Part shown: positions 37,051 through 45,929 of the stretch, piece by piece
Layout of the letters: the number at the start of each line of letters is the position of its first letter
Position numbering within the stretch: position 1 is the stretch's first letter
DNA from: Candidatus Segetimicrobium genomatis
Lineage (GTDB): Bacteria > Sysuimicrobiota > Sysuimicrobiia > Sysuimicrobiales > Segetimicrobiaceae
Direction: 5' to 3'
Assembly (NCBI GenBank): GCA_005882275.1
Contig: VBAK01000118.1
Coordinates: 16,881-80,880, forward strand
Length of the DNA: 64,000 bases
Position numbers and translations under genes: made by a program
Notes under the pieces: generated by a model
Told to the model about the DNA's origin: nothing
Seen by the model: only the letters and a program-made list of their open reading frames with translations
Database searches by the model: none

Positions 37051-38295
37051 TCACCCGGGCACCGGAACCGGCTGCCCGGCGCGTCTGAGGAGCCCGCGGA
37101 CCCCGAGCGTCCCCGCGAGCCCCACCCCACCCCCGACGATCAGCCCCACCGGGAGCCCCCACGCGCCGATGATCCCGCCCATCATCAACGCCCCGAAGGG
37201 GGCCAGCCCGTTGAACACGAGGGCGTACATGCTCATCACCCGTCCCCGGAGGGCGTCGGGGGTCTCCATCTGCACGGTGCTGTTCGCGGTGGCGGTGAAC
37301 ATGACGGTCCCCAACCCCGCCAGGAACAGCCAGGCGCCGGCGACGCCGGGGCGCGAGACGCGGCTCAGCGCCATCAACCCCGTGCAGAGGAACACGGCGC
37401 CCCAGAGGAGATACGACGGCCGCGGGCCGCGGGCGCAGGTCCCGGCCACGATGAGCGAGGCGGCCAGGGCCCCCGCCCCCTGGGCGGCCATGAGGAATCC
37501 GAAGCCGCTCGCGTTGAGGTGGAGCTGGACGCGGGCCAGCACCGGGACGACGACATTGAAGTTCATGGCAAAGAGGCTCAGCACGCCGAGCCCGCCCAGC
37601 ACGCGGGACACCGCGCCGGAGGACCGGATGAATCCCACGCCCTCGGCGATGTGCATCAGCAGTCCGGCCCCCGGCGTGACCCGGACCGTGGACTGCACCC
37701 GCATCGCGCCGAGCGCGGCAATGACGGCGAGGAAACTGGCGGCATTGGCCAGAAACGCCGTCCCCACGCCCCACGCGGCGATCATCAGTCCGGCGACGCC
37801 CGGCCCGATCAGCCGCGCGCCGTTGAAGATCGAGGAATTGAGGGCGATCGCCCCGGTGAGATCCTCCGTCCCGCCGACCATCTCGACGATGAACGCCTGC
37901 CGGGCGGGGACGTCGAAGGCGTTCACCGACCCCAGGAGCGCGGCCAGCAGCGCGACGTGCCAGTAGCGGACCACGCCCGCCGTCGTCAACACCCCGAGGC
38001 ACAGCGCGAGCAGCAGCAGGAGCGTCTGCGTGATCAGGATCAGGGACCGCTTCGGCACCCGATCCGCCACGGCGCCGGCGGGAAGGGACAGCAGCAGCAC
38101 CGGGGACCACTGCAGGGCGCTGATCACGCCGAGGAGGAACGGGGAGCGCGTCAGGCTGAGGACCAGCCACGCCTGGCCGACGGTCTGCATCCAGCTGCCG
38201 ATCAGCGAGACGAGCTGGCCCGCGAAAAAGAGACGGAAGTTGCGATGACGCAGCGGCGCCAGCAGCGTCAGGCGGCCGCCCGGCGCCCGCGTCAC
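37051..38295 (-). CDS. MFS transporter (EntS/MFS_3-like)
   Basis: LRHRNFRLFFAGQLVSLIGSWMQ N-terminus and a 12-TM pattern. The GTG at 38295 overlaps the ATPase stop (GTGA). Alternative TTG at 38304. Confidence 0.88.
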   Translation of the reverse strand: MTRAPGGRLTLLAPLRHRNFRLFFAGQLVSLIGSWMQTVGQAWLVLSLTRSPFLLGVISALQWSPVLLLSLPAGAVADRVPKRSLILITQTLLLLLALCLGVLTTAGVVRYWHVALLAALLGSVNAFDVPARQAFIVEMVGGTEDLTGAIALNSSIFNGARLIGPGVAGLMIAAWGVGTAFLANAASFLAVIAALGAMRVQSTVRVTPGAGLLMHIAEGVGFIRSSGAVSRVLGGLGVLSLFAMNFNVVVPVLARVQLHLNASGFGFLMAAQGAGALAASLIVAGTCARGPRPSYLLWGAVFLCTGLMALSRVSRPGVAGAWLFLAGLGTVMFTATANSTVQMETPDALRGRVMSMYALVFNGLAPFGALMMGGIIGAWGLPVGLIVGGGVGLAGTLGVRGLLRRAGQPVPVPG

Positions 38296-39101
38296 TCCGC
38301 CCAAAGCCCCAGCCGCCGGGCCCCGGTCACCAGCGTCCGGGTATAGGGGTGCTGGGGGGCGGCGAAGAGCTGCCGGGTCTCCGCCGACTCGACGATGCGA
38401 CCGGCGCGCATCACATGCACCAGGTCGCAGGTCTGGGCGACGACCCCCAGATCGTGGGTGATGAGCAGGAGCGACATGCCCAGGTCGCGCTGCAGCCGCC
38501 CGAGCAGATCGAGGATCTGCGCCTGGACGGTCACGTCCAGGGCCGCCGTGGGTTCATCCGCGATCAGCAGTTCGGGCCCGGGCGCGATCGCGGCCGCGAC
38601 GAGGACGCGCTGCCGCTGCCCGCCCGACAGTTCGTGGGGATACCGGCGGAGCAGCGCGGGATCCAGCCCGACCCGGACGAGGGCGTCGGCCGCCCGCTCC
38701 CGCGCGCCCCGCCGGCCCAGGTGGGCGACGATCCCTTCCATCACCTGGTCGCCGACCGACATCACCGGGTCGAGCGCGGAGCCCGGCTCCTGGAAGATCA
38801 TGGCGATCCGCCGGCCGCGATACGCCTGCATCTCGCGCTCCGGCAGCGGGACGAGATCGGTTCCGTCGAGGAGGATCTTTCCGGCGGTGATCTTCGCGGG
38901 GACGGGGAACAGCTTCAACACGGCGCAGGCCGTCATCGACTTGCCCGCGCCGGACCCGCCCACCAGCGCGACCGCCCGACCGGCGGGCACGTCGAGCGAG
39001 ACATCTTCCAGGACCCGGATCTCGCCGGCCGGCTTGGGGATCGTCACGGAGAGTCCCTGGATCAGCAGTGCCCCCCGCGGCGCTTCGGTCGGGCTCGTCA
39101 T
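38292..39101 (-). CDS. ABC transporter ATP-binding protein (DppD/OppD-like), no cognate permease adjacent
   Basis: Walker A GGSGAGKS, IFQEP, signature LSGGQRQR, Walker B LIADEPT, and an HPYT tail. The ATG overlaps the RND stop (ATGA). Confidence 0.9.
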   Translation of the reverse strand: MTSPTEAPRGALLIQGLSVTIPKPAGEIRVLEDVSLDVPAGRAVALVGGSGAGKSMTACAVLKLFPVPAKITAGKILLDGTDLVPLPEREMQAYRGRRIAMIFQEPGSALDPVMSVGDQVMEGIVAHLGRRGARERAADALVRVGLDPALLRRYPHELSGGQRQRVLVAAAIAPGPELLIADEPTAALDVTVQAQILDLLGRLQRDLGMSLLLITHDLGVVAQTCDLVHVMRAGRIVESAETRQLFAAPQHPYTRTLVTGARRLGLWAE

Positions 39102-42100
39102 GATGCCCTATGGGATCGACGCGGGAACCGTTCCTCGAAGAAGACGTAGAGGGTCGGGATCAACAAGAGGGTCAGGCCCGTCGAGACGCTCAGCCCGCCG
39201 ATCACGGCGCGGGCGAGCGGCATGTTGGTCTCGGCGCCCTCCCCGATGCCGACGGCCATCGGGATCATCGCGATGATCGTCGCCAGCGCGGTCATGAGGA
39301 TGGGCCGCAGCCGGATCCGCCCTGCTGTAAGGACCGCGTCGCGCGCGGCCAGGCCCGCCGCCTGCTGCTTGTTCGAGTAGTCGACGAGCAGGATGCCGTT
39401 CGAGACCACGACCCCTACCATCGTGATCACGCCCATGAACGAGATGATCGACAGCGTCGTGTGGGTGAGCAGCAGCATCCAGATGACGCCGATGATCCCC
39501 AACGGCACGGTGAACATGATCACGAACGGGTCCACGAGCGACTGGAACTGCGACGCCATGATCATGTAGACGAGCATGAGGGCCAGCGCCAGCGCGAAGC
39601 CGAGGCTGCCGAAGGCGCTCTGCTGCTGCTCGGTCTGCCCGGCCATGTGGTAGGTGAACCCCGGGGGAAACGGCAGCCGGTTCAGCCGGTCGACGATTTC
39701 CTGCGAGACCGCCCCGAGCGGGCGGTCGACGACGTTCGCGGTGACATCGATCACCCGCTGCTCGTTCTTGCGGCTGATCTGGAGCGGCTGGCTCCCCAGC
39801 GCGATCCGGGCGACGTCCCGGACCCGGACCGCCACCAGCGGCGCGGCGGGGGGCGCCGATCCCGGTCCGGGGTCGGCGAGCACGGCGAGCGGCACGTTGG
39901 CCAGGTCTTCGGGATGGCTCCGGTACTGGTTCATCAGCCGGACAACGATGTTGTATTCGTTTCCCGTGACCGGGTCGATGAACTGGCTGGCGGTCCCCAC
40001 GTTCCCCGCCATCGCCATGTCGATGGCGTTGGCGACCGTGGTCGTGGCCAGGCCGAGCTGGGCCGCCTTCTCGCTGTCCAGGGCCACGGTGAAGGCCGGG
40101 TACTGGCCGCGCGGGGTGATCTGCACATCGGCGGTGCCGGGGGTCGCCGAGACGATCCCCGCGACCTCCCGGGCAAACTGCGCCCCGACCTGCTGGTCGA
40201 ACCCCAGGAGCTGGATGTCGATCGGCGCCGCCGAGCCGAAGTTGACGACCCGGTTCTGAAGGCCGCCGGTCCGGACGAACAACTGGATGCCGGGGAACTT
40301 GCCCGCCAGCGCCCTGCGGACGCCATTGGCGAGATCGTCGGTGGACTCGCGGCGCTGCGTCGGCGGCACCAGCCGGACCTGGACGTTCGCGGCGTTCGTC
40401 CCCGCGTTCCCGCCGAATCCGCCGCCCGCCGACGGGATGCCGGCGTTCGTGTAGACGGTGACGAGGTCGCGCGGGGAGGCGATCTGGCGGACGATCGCGG
40501 CCACCTGCTCGGCGATGACGGAGGTCACCTGCACCGCGGTCCCCTGGGGGGCCTCCAGGTTGATCTGGAACTGGCTCTCATCGGTCGCCGGGAAAAACTC
40601 GGTCCCGATCCCCCGCGCGGCGGCGAGGGAGAGCGCGAACACCACCCCGATCCCCGCCAGGACCACCGCGCGGTGCCCGAGCGTCCAGCCGAGCGCGCGC
40701 TGATAGCCCAGGTCGAGGCCGTCCATCAGCCTCTCGCTCCAGCGGTTGACCCGCGCCACGATGCCGACGCCCTCGACGTTCGGCACGCCCGCGCGCAGCA
40801 GCTTGGTGCTCAGCACCGGGTCGATCGTCATCGACACCACGTAGGACGCGCCGAGGGCGAAGATGATGGTCAGCGCCATCGGCACGAAGAGCCGCTGGGC
40901 GATCCCGCTGAGGAAGACCACGGGGAAAAACACCGCGATCGTCGACGCGGTGGAGGCCAGGACCGGGAGCCCCACCTCCTGCGTGGCGGTCACCACCGCC
41001 TCGAGCACGCCGCGGCCGGGGACGGTGAGGTGGCGCGTGATGTTCTCCCGCACCACGATGGCGTCGTCCACCAGCCGCCCCATCGCCAGCGTGAGCCCGC
41101 CGAGGGTGAACACGTTGAGGGTCTGGCCGGTGAAATAGAGCAGCAGGAGCGCGCTGGACACGGACAGCGGGATGCCGAGCCCCACGATGACCAGGCTCCA
41201 GAGGCTGCGCAGGAACACCAGGACGACGCCGAAGGTGAGGACCGCGCCGACGATCGCCTCGCGCCCGAGGGTCTGGATGGCGGCCCGGATGTACCGCGAC
41301 TGATCGAAGCCCAGCGACAGCGACACGCCGGGCGGCACGCCGGTGAGGCGGGGGAGCGCGGCGCGGATCTCGTCGACCGTCTGGATGGTGTTGGCGTCGG
41401 GCTGGCGCGCGACGAACATGAGCACGCCCGGCCTGCCGTCGACGTGGACGATCTGGGTCTGGTCGGCCGCGGCGTCCTCCACCTGCGCGACGTCCCGGAT
41501 GTGCACCGGCACGCCGCCGTGGGTCGTAATGACGACGTCCCGGATCGCCGGGACGCTCTGCAGCAGCGAGGGCACGTTCAGCTGGTAGTCGATGCGGTTG
41601 TTGCGGAGGCTGCCGGACGGGATGAGCGCGTTGTACTTGACGATGGCGCTCTGGACGTCCGGCAGCGTCAGGCCCGCCGCCACCAGTTTGTTGGGATCCA
41701 CGCCGACGTTGAACTGGCGCACCAGCCCGCCGTTGACGAAGGCCTGGGAGACCCCCGGCAGGCGCTCGAGCTGCGGCTCAATGGTGTTGTGCGCGAGATC
41801 GTACAGCTGCCGGGCGTCGAGCCCGCCGCCGCCCACCACCACCTGCACGACCGGGATGTTGGAGATATCGAACTTCGAGATGAAGGGCTGGCTGACGCCG
41901 GTCGGAAGGGTCCGCATCACCCGCTGGACCCCCTGGATGATCTCGACCTCGGTGTTGTTCAGGTCGGTCCCCCAGTTGAACCACACGTCGATGTCGCTGT
42001 TCCCCTGCCGGGTGACCGAGAGGATCTGCTGCACCCCGGCCACCCGGGTGACGGCCTGCTCGATCGGATAGGTGACGGTGCGCTCGACCGCCTCCGGGCT

Positions 42101-42262
42101 CGCGCCCTGGTAGTTCGTGTTCACCGTGATCACGGGAATGGTGATCTTCGGGAACAGGTCCGTGGGCAGCCGGGCCAGGGCGATCTGGCTCAGCACCACG
42201 ACCGCGATGCTCGCCATCAGGACGAAGACCGGGTTGCGGGTGGCCCCGCGGGTCAGAAACAC
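39098..42262 (-). CDS. RND efflux transporter (AcrB/HAE family)
   Basis: 1054 aa with a 12-TM plus two-large-loop pattern. N-terminus FLTRGATRNPVFVLMASIAVVVLSQIALARLPTDLFP. GTG start after a GGAGG SD. Confidence 0.95.
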   Translation of the reverse strand: MFLTRGATRNPVFVLMASIAVVVLSQIALARLPTDLFPKITIPVITVNTNYQGASPEAVERTVTYPIEQAVTRVAGVQQILSVTRQGNSDIDVWFNWGTDLNNTEVEIIQGVQRVMRTLPTGVSQPFISKFDISNIPVVQVVVGGGGLDARQLYDLAHNTIEPQLERLPGVSQAFVNGGLVRQFNVGVDPNKLVAAGLTLPDVQSAIVKYNALIPSGSLRNNRIDYQLNVPSLLQSVPAIRDVVITTHGGVPVHIRDVAQVEDAAADQTQIVHVDGRPGVLMFVARQPDANTIQTVDEIRAALPRLTGVPPGVSLSLGFDQSRYIRAAIQTLGREAIVGAVLTFGVVLVFLRSLWSLVIVGLGIPLSVSSALLLLYFTGQTLNVFTLGGLTLAMGRLVDDAIVVRENITRHLTVPGRGVLEAVVTATQEVGLPVLASTASTIAVFFPVVFLSGIAQRLFVPMALTIIFALGASYVVSMTIDPVLSTKLLRAGVPNVEGVGIVARVNRWSERLMDGLDLGYQRALGWTLGHRAVVLAGIGVVFALSLAAARGIGTEFFPATDESQFQINLEAPQGTAVQVTSVIAEQVAAIVRQIASPRDLVTVYTNAGIPSAGGGFGGNAGTNAANVQVRLVPPTQRRESTDDLANGVRRALAGKFPGIQLFVRTGGLQNRVVNFGSAAPIDIQLLGFDQQVGAQFAREVAGIVSATPGTADVQITPRGQYPAFTVALDSEKAAQLGLATTTVANAIDMAMAGNVGTASQFIDPVTGNEYNIVVRLMNQYRSHPEDLANVPLAVLADPGPGSAPPAAPLVAVRVRDVARIALGSQPLQISRKNEQRVIDVTANVVDRPLGAVSQEIVDRLNRLPFPPGFTYHMAGQTEQQQSAFGSLGFALALALMLVYMIMASQFQSLVDPFVIMFTVPLGIIGVIWMLLLTHTTLSIISFMGVITMVGVVVSNGILLVDYSNKQQAAGLAARDAVLTAGRIRLRPILMTALATIIAMIPMAVGIGEGAETNMPLARAVIGGLSVSTGLTLLLIPTLYVFFEERFPRRSHRAS

Positions 42263-42271
42263 CGGACCCTC

Positions 42272-43633
42272 CTAGAGGCCGCCGACGGGGACGGCCCTGA
42301 CCCGCTGGCCTTCGCGGACGAGATCGGCGCCGCGGGCGACGATCTGGTCGCCCTCGCTGAGGCCCGCCGTCACCTCGACCACCTCTCCCGTGGCGCGGCC
42401 CACGGTCACCGGCTGCTGCGTGACCGCGCTGTCTTTCACCACCCACACGAAGTGCTGGTCGCCGACGGTGACCAGCGCCCCCAGCGGCACGACCAGGACG
42501 TCCTTGTCCGCCCCGGCCGACAATTGCGCCGTGGCGTACATCCCGGGACGCAGCAGATGTCCGGGGTTGGCGATGTCGATTTCCACCTGCACCGTGCGGG
42601 TGATGGGATCCGCCCCGCCGGCGATCCTGCTGACCGTGCCGCGAAACGTCCGGTCCGGATAGGCGTCGACCGTGACCTGCGCGGGGGCGCCCCGCTGAAT
42701 CGCGGCGATCTGCACCTCCGTGACGTTGACCGTCACATTGATCTGGTCGAGGTCGGCGATCGTCAGGATCGGGGTCGAGGTGCCGGGCGCGACGTACGCC
42801 CCGGGATCGAGGCTCCGGCTGACGACGATGCCGTCAAAGGGGGCGGTGATCGTGGCGTTGGCGACGGCCAGACGGGCGTTGTGCAGCGCGGCCGCCTGAG
42901 ACGCCGCCTGCGCCTGCTGGGTCTGCACCTGCATGGCCGCCGAGGCCTCCTGCTGCCGGGCCGCCGCGACCTGCGCGTCGGCCTGGGCGACCTGAGCCTG
43001 CGCGGCGTCCAGGCCCGCCTTGTCGGCCTGGACCTGGGCGACGGCATCGTCGAGGGTCTGCTGCGCGGCCGCCCCCTGCCGGACCAGATCCGCGATCCGC
43101 GCCTGGGTCGCCTGCGCGTTCTGCAGCTGCGCGCGGGCCTTGACCACTCCGGCCTTGGCGTTTTGGACCTGGGCCTCGGCGTTGACCAGCTGCGCATGGG
43201 CGGCGGCGACCGCCACCACCGCGGTCTGCACGCCCGACTGCGCGGCCAGCGCCGTGGCGTCCGCCTGGGCCGCCTGGGCGTCGAGCTGGGCGTGGTCGAC
43301 CACCGCCAGCAGCTGTCCCGTCCTCACCGGGTCCCCGGGCCGGACGGTCACCGTCTCCAGGTAGCCCGCGGTCTTCGAGTAGAGGACGGCGGTCCTGAGC
43401 GAGGAGATGTTCGCCGTGAGCGAGAGCGTGACCGGAATCGTGACGCGCTTGGGATGCGCCACGCCCACCAGCGGCGGCGGCGGCGTCCGGCCTTTGGAGG
43501 AGGCGGCCGGGGGAGGGTCGGCGCCGGCCGGTTTGCCGGCGGGGACGGGGGCCGTGCCGCGCCCGACGGCCAGGCCCAAACCCAAGGCCGCCGCAACGAC
43601 CAACGGGATCCAGATCCAGGAACCGCGCGTCAC
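42272..43633 (-). CDS. efflux RND periplasmic adaptor (MFP/HlyD family)
   Basis: N-terminal TM segment, an Ala/Gln-rich coiled-coil hairpin, and barrel motifs (TITAPFDGIV...). The GTG overlaps the merR stop (GTGA). Confidence 0.9.
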   Translation of the reverse strand: MTRGSWIWIPLVVAAALGLGLAVGRGTAPVPAGKPAGADPPPAASSKGRTPPPPLVGVAHPKRVTIPVTLSLTANISSLRTAVLYSKTAGYLETVTVRPGDPVRTGQLLAVVDHAQLDAQAAQADATALAAQSGVQTAVVAVAAAHAQLVNAEAQVQNAKAGVVKARAQLQNAQATQARIADLVRQGAAAQQTLDDAVAQVQADKAGLDAAQAQVAQADAQVAAARQQEASAAMQVQTQQAQAASQAAALHNARLAVANATITAPFDGIVVSRSLDPGAYVAPGTSTPILTIADLDQINVTVNVTEVQIAAIQRGAPAQVTVDAYPDRTFRGTVSRIAGGADPITRTVQVEIDIANPGHLLRPGMYATAQLSAGADKDVLVVPLGALVTVGDQHFVWVVKDSAVTQQPVTVGRATGEVVEVTAGLSEGDQIVARGADLVREGQRVRAVPVGGL

Positions 43634-44097
43634 GAGCGCCCGCCTACCCCCTCAGGGGCCGGCGACGAACCCGCGGGGCCCGCGGCGGCGAGCCTGCGCA
43701 TCTCCCTGACCTGCCGCTCGAGCTGCCGCTGAAGCTGCGCCAGCTGATGGACTTTCTCGCGGACCGACTGCAGCTGGTCCTCGGTGACCCGCAGCGCGCT
43801 CTCCACCGCTTTGTGGCGGCGTCCCGGATCCGGCGTGGTCTGGGCGGCCGCGAGGAACCGGGCGCGCGCTTCGTCGGCATCGAGCATCCGCTTGATCTCG
43901 CTCAAGGACAACCCGAGCAGCCGCTTGAGGTTCTTGATGCGCTCGATCCGCTCGAGGTCGGCCGCGGTGTACAGCCGCTGGCCGCCGTTCAGCCGCTCGC
44001 TGGGCACGAGCAGCCCGATCTCGTCGTAATAATGGAGCGCCCGCTGCGTGAGCCCGCTGCGCTGACACACCTCGCCGATTTGGTAGAAGGTCGTCAC
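43630..44097 (-). CDS. MerR family transcriptional regulator
   Basis: YQIGEVCQRSGLTQRALHYYDEIGLL HTH followed by a coiled coil. GTG start after GGAGGGGAG. Confidence 0.9.
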   Translation of the reverse strand: MTTFYQIGEVCQRSGLTQRALHYYDEIGLLVPSERLNGGQRLYTAADLERIERIKNLKRLLGLSLSEIKRMLDADEARARFLAAAQTTPDPGRRHKAVESALRVTEDQLQSVREKVHQLAQLQRQLERQVREMRRLAAAGPAGSSPAPEGVGGRS

Positions 44098-44136
44098 CCG
44101 GCTCCCCTCCCGCGGTGCCGACGCCAGTTTCCCTTC

Positions 44137-44166
44137 ATACTACGGACAACCTGACGTGCATGTCAA
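44137..44166 (-). promoter_or_regulatory. putative merR/efflux operon promoter
   Basis: On the minus strand: TTGACA (44166-44161), 18-nt spacer, TAGTAT (44142-44137). The long spacer fits a MerR-type promoter. Confidence 0.5.
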
Positions 44167-44196
44167 CCACCTTCCGTTTACGTAAGGTACATGCCC

Positions 44197-45090
44197 TCAG
44201 AACGCGCCCGCCAGGACCTCCCAGGCCCGGCGAATCGCCTCGAGATGCGCCTGCGGGGTGGCCAGGCCCGCCCGCATGGTGTTGACGCTGAGGTGGGTTC
44301 CTCCGACGCGGCGCCACTCCGCCGCCAGCCGCGTCCACTCCGCCGGCCCGGAGGCGTAGTTGATCCGGCACTCCAGCCCGATCGCCGCCGGATCGCGTCC
44401 GGCCTCGAGCGCGTAGCGGCGCAGCCGGTCCACCATGGCCGGATACCCGCCTGGGGTTTCGGGAAGCCGGGAGGACGGCGTGCGCAGCGTGCCTCCCGCG
44501 AGCCAGCCGTCGGCAAGGCGGGCGATCCTTCGCAGGACGGTGTCGCTCTCCCCGCCCATCCAAATGGGAATGGGGCGCTGCACGGGGAGGGGGTTGAGCC
44601 CGGCCTGCGTGATCCGGTGCCACCGGCCTTCGAACGTCACGACCTCCTGCGTCCACAACGCGCGCAGGACGGCGATCTGCTCCTCGATGCGGGCGCCCCG
44701 CGAGTGGAAGTCTTGCCCCAGCGCCTCAAACTCGACGCTGTTCCACCCCACGCCGACGCCCAGCCGCAGCCGCCCGCCGCTCAGCACGTCGACCTCGGCG
44801 GCCTGCTTCGCCACCACCGCCGTCTCCCGCTGGGGGAGCACCAGGATCCCGGTGACCAGCTCCAGGCGGCGCGTGACGGCGGCCAGATGGCCAAACAACA
44901 CGAAGGGTTCGTGAAACTGATCCCGGTGGGTGTATCCGACCCACCCGCTCCCCCGCGGCACCGCGCCCAGGACGTGATCGTAGACGACCAGGTGGTGGTA
45001 CCCCGCGTCTTCGGCCGCGCGGGCAAAGTCGGCCGCGGCCGTCGGATCCCGGCCGATCTCGGTCTGGGGAAAGACCACCCCGACCTTCAT
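44197..45090 (-). CDS. LLM-class (luciferase-like) F420-dependent oxidoreductase
   Basis: MKVGVVFPQTEIG...SGGRLRLGVGVGW...IPIWMGG pattern. AGGAGG SD before the ATG at 45090. Confidence 0.85.
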   Translation of the reverse strand: MKVGVVFPQTEIGRDPTAAADFARAAEDAGYHHLVVYDHVLGAVPRGSGWVGYTHRDQFHEPFVLFGHLAAVTRRLELVTGILVLPQRETAVVAKQAAEVDVLSGGRLRLGVGVGWNSVEFEALGQDFHSRGARIEEQIAVLRALWTQEVVTFEGRWHRITQAGLNPLPVQRPIPIWMGGESDTVLRRIARLADGWLAGGTLRTPSSRLPETPGGYPAMVDRLRRYALEAGRDPAAIGLECRINYASGPAEWTRLAAEWRRVGGTHLSVNTMRAGLATPQAHLEAIRRAWEVLAGAF

Positions 45091-45359
45091 CGTCTGCCCC
45101 TCCTGGGAAGCCTCGCGGATGGGATCACCCGCGCACGGGTTCGACGCGACGAAAAGGATCCCTTGGCCCCGAGCGTCGATCGGCTGCGGATCACCATCGG
45201 ACGAATGGTTCGTTTGTGTCCGGGCGAAAAGCGGCGGGATGATCGTTTGTGCAAATTTTTCAGCCTCTTGGATGAAGGCACGGGGAATCCCCTCGGCGCA
45301 TCCCTCCTGCGGCGTCCTAGAGGCAGGGGGGGAATCTTGCGGCGCGGGCCTCCTCCGCA

Positions 45360-45869
45360 ATGCGGGAGGCGGAGGAGCGTTTTGCGCACCGCGAGCCCTC
45401 CCGTCGCAAACGGGAGGACCTGATCGACCAGCAGCCCGGCCAGCGGAATTACCGGTGCCAGTGTGCGAACCACAGCATACGCGGGTGGCACCTCACCAGC
45501 TATTTGTCGAGCGAAGAAAACGTGTGCACGTGGGAGCCGAGGGCCATCGGTGGAGGAGCACAGGAGGGCCTCGACGGCCTGACCATCACGGATTTGATCG
45601 CGAGCCACAGCATCGGCGCCGCGATGGCCGCCGCCCAGCAGGCATCGGGCCGGCCCCTGGGAGCCGAGCCGGCGTTCCAGTACGCGGCAACATCCCTGCG
45701 GATCACCATCCTGGGCCCGCCGCTTATCAGAGCCGCCCTCACGCTACGGGGGCGGGTGCGGGCGCTCCAGGCAGAACACGTCACGGTGATCTGTTCGCTG
45801 TTCACGGGTGAGAAGGAATACGCGCGCAGCGAAGTGGTGGTCGTCCGGACGCCCACAAACGCCCATTAG
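45360..45869 (+). CDS. hypothetical protein (169 aa), weak call
   Basis: This is the only frame in the 45.1-45.9 kb gap with consistently high GC3 (about 80% by eye). No SD precedes the ATG and no domain was recognised. Confidence 0.4.
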   Translation: MREAEERFAHREPSRRKREDLIDQQPGQRNYRCQCANHSIRGWHLTSYLSSEENVCTWEPRAIGGGAQEGLDGLTITDLIASHSIGAAMAAAQQASGRPLGAEPAFQYAATSLRITILGPPLIRAALTLRGRVRALQAEHVTVICSLFTGEKEYARSEVVVVRTPTNAH

Positions 45870-45929
45870 CCCGCCTCTGCGTCCCGCCGACCGCCGGCGC
45901 CGTTGGCGCGCCGGCCATGACGCGCGAGC

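Noticed and set aside
39110-43732. 1540-aa plus-strand ORF
   Set aside because: It is antisense to the RND and MFP genes. The translation is Arg/Gly/Asp/His/Pro-rich low complexity, typical of open antisense frames in high-GC DNA. The minus strand carries clear homologs.
45347-45385. Terminator-like hairpin CTCCTCCGC-N10-GCGGAGGAG followed by CGTTTTG on the plus strand
   Set aside because: It straddles the ATG of the only high-GC3 frame in the region and has a weak U-tract. Its role is ambiguous, so it is not called as a terminator.
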